Assembly (NCBI RefSeq): GCF_026571515.1
Contig: NW_026859523.1
Location: 372,001 to 436,000, forward strand
Direction: 5' to 3'
Source of the DNA: Ruditapes philippinarum
Lineage: Eukaryota
DNA length: 64,000 nt
Made by a program: the position numbers and the translations under genes. Under the pieces are notes generated by a model, which did no database searches, was not told where the DNA came from, and saw only the letters and a program-made list of their open reading frames with translations. How positions within the stretch are numbered: position 1 is the first letter of the stretch; each line of letters starts with the position of its first letter. This document shows, one piece after another, positions 53,519-64,000 of this stretch.

Positions 53519-54329
53519 ACGAATTATAGACTGTTTATACATTAATTTTGTTTTGAAACAAATCTGATAATACACTGGTAAAACACCAAACTTATTTAAA
53601 TATAAAATATAATTTAGAACAAGAAATAACAACTGTAGAATCTGAAATGGCATCGAACTTAGCAGGGGTATTTGTGCACTGTGTCAAAGATACGTTGGTG
53701 ATGAATTTCATTATATTCGTGAGTGTCCATGATTTGTTACAACAGAAACCTAACTTTTTATAGAAAAGTAACATTAATTCTGTTGATCTGCGAATGAACA
53801 CTGTTGTTAACCCTTAGATAACTTAAAAATTGTTTATTTCTCTTTTAACTTTTAAGATTGAAATGAGCCAAATACTATATTAATGTACTGTTGATGAGAG
53901 CCCACTTAAAGAAGTTGCTATATATAAATAATAATTAAAACAGTGATTTTACTGTAAAGACAAATGTTTTATTTTACTAAGACTGTCGTTTCTTACACAC
54001 TCGTGTATCAAATATTATTATTTACTATTTCAAATAGTGTATAAAGTTTTATAGTGTACACAATCTTAGAAGATTTTAGTTGACAGGATATTATTTTACA
54101 AATGTTATTAACTGTCTCTTATAATTCTGTATGAATGACATTATATATCGTGTATTGTATTTGGATAAGACATCCGTAAACTAAAATATATATATTGCAT
54201 TGATAAAACAGGTAGGTCTTCATGTAAATTATGTAGAAGCCAATTGTTTAAGTTGCTAGTTACTAAATTTGGTAACATTTTGAGGATGTTAAGTTTAACA
54301 AATGACATACTTCCCCATGTTGCATGATA

Positions 54330-54566
54330 TGAGCCGCGTCACGACAAAACCAACATAATGCGTTTGCGACTAGCATGGATCCAGACCAGCCTGCGCATCC
54401 GTGAAGTCTGATCAGGATCCATGCTGTTCGCTTACCACCTCTATTACAAGTGGAGAAACTGACAGCGAACAGCATGGATCCTGATCAGACTGCGCGGATG
54501 CGCAGGCTGTTCTGGATCCATGCTGGTCGCAAACGCGCTATGTTGGTTCTGTCGTGACGCGACTCA
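54330..54566. mobile_element. Palindromic MITE, copy 2 (same family as 9276-9505)
   Basis: TGAGCCGCGTCACGACAAAACCAACAT .. ATGTTGGTTCTGTCGTGACGCGACTCA, TA-flanked. Confidence 0.9.
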
Positions 54567-54590
54567 TATAATGGTCAACATTTCTCTTAT

Positions 54591-54939
54591 ACGGGGAAGT
54601 CAAAGACCGTGCCCACGAAGCGGGTCCGGGCTTTGGCTTGCCCGGCTATAGACTACACGTGTATATTTAAAAGAAAATCAAATAAAAAACAATTAAAAAA
54701 ATATATAGAATTCTATACCTATCAATGAAATTTTCAGTGTCAGTTCTAGCCGGGCACCGCCATTTACAATGTAACTCAATGAAAATAGGCGGGATATTCC
54801 GATATCGGAACAAATCTCAACTTTTCAGATAAATAGTAAACGTCGAGTGTTCCGAGTGAAAACGGAAGCGGGTATATATAATACCGAATGACACCTTTAA
54901 AACGGAAAAAATGAAAGGATTTTTTACCGACTTCCCCGT
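54591..54939. mobile_element. Possible MITE with 11-bp TIRs
   Basis: ACGGGGAAGTC .. GACTTCCCCGT; no clear TSD. Confidence 0.35.
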
Positions 54940-55151
54940 TTTTAGGCTTTTCCTAATTTCATATTAATACAATGTAGGCTTTTATAAGAAAATGTGACAG
55001 TGTGAATATATTGATGTTATGTTTTTAAAATATAGCGTAACCTTGCACGGAAAGATAATGTGCTAAGGAAGACAAATCTTAAGTGCATAAAGCAGTAAAC
55101 TGCTATGATAATTGATTAGCATTTTATTGTTATATATGTATTATATATGTA

Positions 55152-56067
55152 CACAGACACTTGGGGTTTGAAGCTCAAAACGCCTTTAAAATCCAAATAA
55201 AATGCATATTTGTCAATCCCAGCACATGTACTGATCATATATATCAAAAAAACTTAATATAAGCCGTTTTGAAAAAAAATCATATTTCAACATCTATAAT
55301 AATACACAAGATAAAAATGTTCGCCGGAAAAAATCCGCTCCCCTACCGTCATAATCACCATGTATTTTAATCCATTTCCAATATTTTCACATAATCCTTT
55401 GGTCCATCGACACAGAAGATATAATGCTTCACGATGATGGTCAATTTTAAACTTCAACGGTAATATAAACAACGCAACAGCCGAAATAAACATCAATATT
55501 CTCGCCGTTTTTTTTTCAACGACAAAAACTTTCGATAAATTCAATGGACCAGACGGCTATGAACGAAGCTATCCGATTATGTGGCCCCAGCTTTGCCGTG
55601 TGCAAAATGCGCAGCGCTTTTAAGTTTGGGAACCACATAATCGGATAGCTTCGTTCATAGCCGTCTGGTCCATTGAATTTATCGAAAGTTTTTGTCGTTG
55701 AAAAAAAAAAACGGCGAGAATATTGATGTTTATTTCGGCTGTTGCGTTGTTTATATTACCGTTGAAGTTTAAAATTGACCATCATCGTGAAGAATTATAT
55801 CTTTTGTGTCGATGGACCAAAGGATTATGTGAAAATATTGGAAATGGATTAAAATACATGGTGATTATGACGGTAGGGGTGCGGATTTTTTCCGCCGAAC
55901 ATTTTTATCTTGTGTATTATTATAGATGTTGAAATATGACTTTTTTTCAAAACGGCATAGATTAAGATTTTTTGATATATATGATCAGTACATGTCCTGG
56001 GATTGACAAATATGCATTTTATTTGGATTTTAAAGGCGTTTTGAGCTCCAAACCCCAAGCGTCTGTG
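55152..56067. mobile_element. 916-bp palindromic element (~433-bp arms, 48-bp loop), TA-flanked
   Basis: TA|CACAGAC.. arm 55152-55584 is the reverse complement of 55633-56067 ..GTCTGTG|TA, with only scattered mismatches. Confidence 0.95.
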
Positions 56068-57255
56068 TATATGTATAGATGAGACTGTAATAAATAATTG
56101 TCATATAATAATGACTCTCCTCTATAGTTAGGCATGTATAGTATTAATCGCTCTGTCCTGTAGCTTCGATAGAGCTATAAAGTATGTCGCCGAAACTGTA
56201 TGTCGTGTTGTCTTAATACATGTATATTTGTTTTCTTGTTTGTTTTTTTTGTAATCTCTTTTCATCGAATGTCGTAAAAGGCTAGCTACCATGTAGTTTT
56301 AATTTAAGTTTTACGGGAACTCCAAGTTGACGAATATACTGGTATGCTTGAACTGAAGTTGTGTCCGCGTTTGCCATTTTTTACAGCTTAAGGATTGAAC
56401 AAAAAATGCTAATGCCTTATTTTTTAAATCAATAATTAACATGATTATTCCAAATTAAAAACTAATATGTTTCGAGTTGATCTTTTTTTAAAGAAAAAAA
56501 AACCAGAACCAAAAATTAGTTTTTATATTTATTTTGGGAAACAGTTCTGCCGTGAAAAAGGCAGTTATTTTGGCAAGGAGAAAGCTATATAGTTGTGTAG
56601 GTTTAAAATGTAAGTTAAATCGGCACCAGGATAAATTGCTACATTAAGTCATAACCAAAATAGTCTGAATCCTGACACAATTTGTTTCTTCGCGCGTTGT
56701 ACGAATACCCTTTAAATATTTGGCATCGAAAGCTTCATATATATATGCATGTACACATCTGCCTTCATACAATCATATCCTTTCGCATATACAATATTGA
56801 AATTATCAATATTGAAATGTCTATGTTATTTTATTTCATGTTTTTACCTATACAAGTATACATATATATAAAACATAAACTACATGAATAGCCATTTGTT
56901 TACTTCTAAGGGGGACAACTCCACAAAACCATATTACAGCAAGTTACTGTTTTATGCACTAAAAAGTTATCGCCCTTAGCTAAACACATTTCATAGCTGA
57001 AACATATATTGGTCTTATACATCGTAACTAAAGTATGATATATTCTTCACCAGCAAAGTGATAAAAGTAACGTTGACAACGAAGTATAATCTTAAAATAG
57101 CTTTCCAATCGGATGGTTCAGGAAATAAAATCGACGATAAGTGAAATTAGTTTACAATACATATATAGAAGGTAGTTTTAAATAATTACGACATTGTTTA
57201 TTCCGTAAATAACATGGTTGATAACTGTGGCATTTATATTCACTTTTGTTTTAGG

Positions 57256-60200
57256 ATGGCTAACAGAGACAACAAAGAGAACTTGGTGCCAAAAAGACAA
57301 AGAATAAAGTACAAACCTGAACAGGTAAACTGAAACTCCAAACAACTATATTGTTTATACGAATAAGAATACTGAATATTGTATATATTATACATGTATA
57401 ACTGCTATATCAGATATTTCTATATCCTGTTTGTTTTTAGTGTCTTTTGTATAATCCGATCACGATAAACAGAAGTTTCTTCAGATTTATTTATAGTACG
57501 GAACAGTCCATTTAAATACTATATAGGATAAATGGAATTTTGAACATCCTAATGATTGTATGTTTGGCTGATCATTGTAGATGTAGGTAATAAATGCCCC
57601 AACAGCTCAATCGGTAGAGCACTAAGTTCAAAGGGAACCTTGCAGAAGGGTAACAGAGTCTTCGTTCATGTGCGAGACAACAAAATGATAATGTGTTTTT
57701 TATATGATCGATTTATTTATGTCACTTTTTAATCGAATAAGATTCATCACATTTATTCGACTATCTCATTTGTTTCATTTCTTATTATAAATGTATCAAT
57801 ATTTTAACAAATTTTAAGAGAGGCAAAAATACAATATCTTTAAGTTCATATGCATAATAATATATTAATTTTGTCAGACAGTTATAAGTTATTAAAAAAA
57901 ATAAAACTTGAATAAAAATGCAAGTTTTTACCAGGTTTCGAACCAACAAGCTGAATACACTTTCATTTTAACAAGCGGTCTTACTTACTGTGCTATAGTG
58001 TCAGTCGATGATAATATCTCATAAAATATAATTTGTATAACTTTTAATGTAATTATTTGGTTAATCACTTGCAGTTTACATGTGTCCCTGGGTTTATCTT
58101 TTAATGGACTGTGCTTGTATTTTTTAGAACTGACGAAAGTTCTGTTAATCGTGCTCGGAGTCATTAATCAAATAGCGTTCGTCCATGCTATTTTATATAA
58201 ATCGATGCCCTGCTTTTTCAATCTTTGCTATGCTATATCAATCCGTATTATATATACTTCTATCTTTACGTTTTATGGTATTATCTGTTAATGTAATTCT
58301 ATTATCGATCCATGTTATGCTATTATCGATCCATGTTATGCTATTATCGATCCATGTTATGCTGTAAATGATTAATGTTATGCTATTATCGATCAAGGTT
58401 ATGCTATTATCGAGCCATGTTATGCTATCATTGATACAAGTTGGGCTTTTATCGATTCAAGTTAAGCTATTATCGATGCATTTTATGTTATTATCGGCCA
58501 ATGTTATAATAGCTAAATGCTTTTCTGTTATCATCCATGTTATGCTATTATCGATCCATTTGATGCTATTGTCGAGTCATACTATGCTATTATCAAGCCA
58601 TGTTATGCCGATCCAAGTTACGCCATCATCGGTCCAAGTTATGCTATTATCGATGCATTTAACATTATTATCGATCAATGTTATGAAATTATCAGTCCAT
58701 GTATGCTGTTATCGATCCGTGTACTAATGCCACAATCAATCCGTGGGCGATACACATTATACAATACTGTTACACAAACTTTTCAAAAAGGAAATCATAA
58801 CACATATCGAATAATCAAACTTTAAAAGAAATCACCTAATTAAAACAGAACAAAAATGAAATACAGCTTTGTAAACCAGAAACCAGATTATAGTTGTTTT
58901 TATGTATGATATAATCACACGAAAATGTGGTGATACGAGTATAATTGTGTTAATATGACTATTATTGAATCACTTTCCTATCAGTTGAGAAGTCAAGTGG
59001 CAATAAATGGCATGCTATATTGCAGCGTTCCGTTGTCTCTTTCTATCGAAACATGAGCCGTGATATATACACCCTCCTTTTAATTGAAAGCCATTATCGT
59101 ACAAAATTGTTTATTTGTAAGGAGAAAAAAGTGTGACACATTAAACGGGAACAAAGTTCTGTCACAAAACAGACCCGGACCCGTATTTGTAATCTTTAGA
59201 TTTTTTAGTCCTTACATGTTTTTTTCCCATGAATTTCTTATCCTTAACTAACATTTATCGCTTTAAAGACATGAGACCGGAAAATCCAATTTCAATTTAA
59301 GCAATGAATTTAAGGCCTAAGTTATGTATTTTCTCCATATTTGATAATAAATATACGACGTGGGAATGGTTCATTCCGGGTAATTTACGGGAAGGGCCCA
59401 ACCCTTTTGCCATTTGTTATTTAGAAATCAATTTGTTTTTCTGTATATTTACATGTATATATTACCAATAAAATATGATTAAACGCTAAACGGGAAGGTT
59501 TTGTCATTCCTATTGAAAATACGAACGCGTTTTTTGCTGCCATTTTAAATTTGAGATTTGGGAGTAAAAATGAGCGGAAATCGTCCGACAAAGGCAATGA
59601 GCTATATTTAAATGGAGAGGAAGCTATGACGTCATACACTTAAAATCTATATCAAGGATCTATAATCACGCAAGTTCACATTTTTGCGAGATTTTCCGAG
59701 ACCGTGTTTGACGATACATATATGTATATATGTACGCAGCCATAAATAAAAAAAAATTGTTATGCTTATCAAAAAGAAGTATAAAAAAGTAATAAAGATT
59801 AAGAAAATGTAAATCTCTGTAATGGATGAAAATGTATACAAATAAAGTTATTGAAAACAAAATGGCGTAATTGATCAACTCAAAGGGCCGGTGAATCTCG
59901 CGCAAAGGATTGGGGCCAGGATTTTGAAAAATGTTCTATTTATATATCTTTTTATCCCTCCGTAATTAAGGAAATTTCAGGATATCCTACAATGATTTTG
60001 TTTAAACTGTTACGATGTTCTTGTGGTTGTTTCTGAAATTTCTGTGATATAAGTATAATTGCAGAAAAAAATAATCACTAAAAACTTTAAGAAATAGTAT
60101 CAACTAATGGATTTAGTGCCACTTCGACGAACAAACTCTGCACATCGGTTACGTGCGACGAATAGATGTTTTATAAAAATCCAGTATAATATAAAAAATA

Positions 60201-63200
60201 CTTAGACTGTCACAAACTTGTATACAAAAATGTTTTATAATTGTCAGGTTGAAGTGCTAGAGAGGTTGTTTGAAGAGAACCATTATCCTGATACCTTTCG
60301 ACAAGAACAGCTTGCCCTTGACCTTGGTATAACACTTGACAGAATTTCTGTAAGTAATTTAGTAGTTAATGTTTGTTTAATAAAGTCCATGAAACTAAAC
60401 TAAACTAAAGTGATCGATCAGTCAGCCGGCAAACATTTAACGGACCAAAGCCGAAGACTAAGGTCCAGTCACTAAATTCTAAGAGGTTCAACGTACCATT
60501 TCGTATATTATACCACACTTTACTAGAACATATGGCAGAAGTTCAATGGTGAAGGGAATAAAAAAAATTTTTTTTTGATAAGAATTTCTAGTAAAATATA
60601 CTGAAAATTGCTGATAAAAATATTTTTCTCGGTTACACACCGCTAAATTTTAGCGGTCCTGTGCCTGAATAGGCGGTCACTGTACGTTTTAGTCGGAACG
60701 ATAACGTCATCGTAAATACTATATTATTAAGAGGCCCCGACACGTATACAAAAAATAAAGAAGCATATATAATTTGTAAATTATATTTCGAAAACAAAAT
60801 GCAGATATTTGTGTCTTTATGTATGAAAATACATACAAAATCATGTATAGGTTATAGTTTACATATTATAATTATATACAAAGAAAGAGGAAGCGTTAGC
60901 TTTCAAACTATCGTATCATTTGTTGCTTCTCTTTCAGACACCAGTAACGTTATGATACCACCTTCTCTTATTTGTCCTTTAACGTTACGAATAATTGATC
61001 TGTTACTGTTATCAAGGAATTCTATTATATGAACTTAAACCTATACTTATCGGTCAAAATGATTGTGTATAGACTTTCTTTCAAAGTTTTCCCTAGATCA
61101 CTTGTCTATGTGATTTGTTTTGTTAAAGGGTATATGAAATATTTTTTCAAAGTTTATCAGAAGTAAAATTATATATTGTTTCCATAATTCTATGATCCAT
61201 TCTTTAAGTTGTAACATAAGATAATTCCGTTAGTTAGCACACATGAATATTGTACGTGCACAGAATAAAATCTTCCAGAACAAAGTAATATTTGTCTTTT
61301 TTAAGTATTTTTTTTTCTGTGTAGCAATAATTGCTCGCGTGCGCCATTCATTTTACGACTATTTACTGGCCATTTTTACAGGCACTTTGTAAGTTTTTTG
61401 AGCAGATATATAGCTTAATACTCTTTATTTAGATTGCTTACAGTCATTTTATTTCATGCTTTCCAGTGTTTTACTGTAATATATCAGGTGATTATATTCG
61501 AATAAACCACTAGTGGAATTTATAAAATATAATTTTCACTGTAGTCGGACAATGTCTGGATGCGGATGAAAATAATATCATTACTAAATGGAATAACAGC
61601 AAAATAAATGCCGTCATATGAAATTTTGCTTCTTTCGAAAAGAAAGTCGATATCATCATACATCATGTTAAAATGTAAAAAAATAGAGGAATTTCACAAA
61701 ACTATATTTCAAAATTGATGATGTGACGTCATGATGTGATGACGTCATATAGAGTTTGCTCGGCGCGTTACGTGGCAAAATCAGTAAAATATACTTAAAA
61801 TCACTTAAAACATGAAATAAAAAGAAAATTTATTTGTTTTACATATAAGATTGAAATATATTTCATTTGTGAACACCTGCTATTCTATTTTCATTTGTTG
61901 CAACGCCAGTCGTAGTGTTCACTTAGTGAAATATATTTCAATCTTACATGCAAAACAAACACATATCTATGAGAAGTACAGATTTGTTCACTTCCCGATA
62001 CGTTGTAAATATCTACTAGTAAAAATTTGTTCAACTTCACACATCTCAACTTCGCCACATTATAATAGAGTTATATAATCTTTAAATGTATTGGATTGAC
62101 CTCCACAACAACTTAGTTGACCTCTTAAAAACAACCAAATGAGTTGATTTATCAATCATATTGACATTTATTTGATACATATTAGTCAATGAAAATGAAG
62201 AACGAATTGTAATGAATTTAGATATTATCAAAATTACGTATCAGGATAGTGATTTCGACCTATAGATGGTCATCACCATTCAACAACAGTACAACAAACC
62301 TTTCTTTTGTATTACAGATTTGGTTCCAGAATAGAAGGTCAAAGTTCAAACGACAGCGTCAAGCAGATCACATGGCCTGGATGCGCAAACAAATCTTCCA
62401 GAGTAAGGACGATCATAATAATGGCATTATGTTCGGAACGCCAAAACTTCCGGCATTGTCGTCTGCTTGTCACGTGTTGAGTCCTATAGAGACACGAATT
62501 CCAAGGGATGATTCTACAGCAGATTTAAATTCTGTGTAAGTAACATAGAGCAAGTATTGGATTCATTTGTTTCTACAGTTCAACCAATAGAGATGGAAAC
62601 AAAAAAATCGTCTTGTTTCAAATGAATAATGTTTGCATTAGAAAATTGAATACAGTACAGTTCTCGTATTTCTATTGGTTGGCTGCATTTTTAGATGTTC
62701 TTCACTATTGTTTTTGTATATTATTTACACAAAATGAGCTTATCTAAACTACTTTAAAATCATCTACGTTGTACTTCTTACTTTTCAAGCTGTAAACTGA
62801 TGATATAATTTGCCATTATTTGCATATAAGAAGAATTATAGCCGTTTCTATCACTATGTGCGCAAGCCACCCCAAAGACGTACAAAGCATATAATGTCTT
62901 TTTATAGGGAATGTTATTATAGGTATTTATTATATTATTTCAGATCTTCAAGTCCTTGCATGTTGAACAATATTTCAAGACCATTGCCACACGAAAATAT
63001 CTTTAATTACAATCACGATCAGACGACAACATGCCGTTATGAGACAAACATGACATCTGCTCCAGCGTTCTTCTTAACGCCTACACGAACAGGTCTAGAA
63101 TATGACTATACGAGTTCACCTAACACTATGTTACAGCACACACATGTACCAGTCTTTGACATGTTTCATTTTGTGTCATCAAATAGTTCACCAGCTTACG

Positions 63201-63490
63201 TTCCCAGCATGCACGCTGTCGCTCAAAATCACGTTACAAGATCTCGTTTGGACGAGAATGAACTAAACAAATGTGCAGTTAACGAGCAGCAGCCACAGAT
63301 GTCGTCAGAAGTCCACACAAACTTTAACAGCAAGAAGTGTCCAAGTTTACAAAGAGCTGATAATTCTTTTGGAGAAAATTCGAGATCCATTATAAACGCA
63401 AGTGAACGAGATGTGATATGGTTAGATACGGACTCGGGCAGCAGCCCAACCAAGGACACGACTCTTGATTGTTTAGCCCATTGGTGTTAA
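57256..63490 (+). CDS. Divergent PRD-class (paired-like, Q50) homeobox transcription factor, ~311 aa
   Basis: Exons 57256-57324, 60248-60349, 62318-62535, 62944-63490 (936 nt, GT-AG, phases 0/0/2, open frame). Homeodomain [12 protein letters not shown]|[34 protein letters not shown]|[14 protein letters not shown]; an intron between residues 46 and 47 is typical of the PRD class. An AG acceptor just before the ATG suggests an upstream exon. Confidence 0.92.
58293..58722 (+). repeat. 21-bp minisatellite (ATGTTATGCTATTATCGATCC), ~20 units, in homeobox intron 1
   Basis: Direct tandem units; they generate the spurious repetitive (VMLLSIH)n ORFs. Confidence 0.93.
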
Positions 63491-64000
63491 AAATTTTAAA
63501 TTGAAAGAAACGAAGATTTTATAAAGAAAATACCAGGACTTGTTCAAACAATACAAATGTGTAACTCAATTAAAATACATGCAAAAGAAACACACATGCG
63601 CACAGACGCACAAATATGTAAATATTTTCACCCAAATCATTGTGCCTCATTGCATTCGTAACATGCCTGGAAACAAGATACTTAATCAAATAAGCAGACA
63701 TTGTAATTAATAATTGTAAATGTGTTATTGTTATTAACATTATTTATTATTATCTATGTGCATGCATTTTCATTTCATTACATATGTAATTGCACAGTTC
63801 CCGTATGACAAATTATCACAAAAAGAGCAAGTTTCAGGTACATTTATCAGTAGCAAGTGCTAAGTTATTAATTTTGAACTTTGAAAGTGTATAGCTTATT
63901 TAAACTATAGTTGAAAATTGAAGCGAGAATCATTATTTTGCGCTTATGTTGTACATTGTGAAATTAGTTTATACATGTATATAGTATATGTACTTCAAAA

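Noticed and set aside
55287-56058. Near-identical ORFs on opposite strands (55287-55544 -, 55723-55932 +, 55849-56058 -)
   Set aside because: Mirror-image by-products of the palindrome, with no recognisable domain.
58185-58825. Repetitive hydrophobic ORFs (VMLLSIH)n
   Set aside because: Translation of an intronic 21-bp minisatellite.

Overview
AT-rich, intron-containing eukaryotic DNA, most likely from a bivalve mollusc (inferred from its SINE/MITE types and gene families). Bases 1-30 kb hold a tandem array of four minus-strand sigma-class glutathione S-transferase genes sharing one 5-exon structure. Three are complete (203-207 aa). The first runs off the left edge, and its 5' end lies in a ~1 kb stretch that looks like corrupted sequence. 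Bases 34.6-40.6 kb (-) hold a spliced gene that the ORF track shows only in fragments: two copies of a 2-Cys, BRICHOS-reminiscent module around a Thr/Ser-rich linker. Bases 45.7-48.5 kb (+) encode a small, probably secreted chitin-binding (CBM14-type) protein. Bases 57.3-63.5 kb (+) encode a divergent Q50 PRD-class homeobox gene (~311 aa). The rest is dense in mobile DNA: a decayed 3.2-kb LINE, CR1/L2 3' fragments, tRNA-derived SINEs with TSDs, palindromic MITEs, a three-level nested foldback complex, a 916-bp palindrome upstream of the homeobox gene, and minisatellites. There are no CRISPR arrays, rRNA genes or credible tRNA genes. All gene models were spliced and translated by hand; family names come from motif recognition, not database searches.
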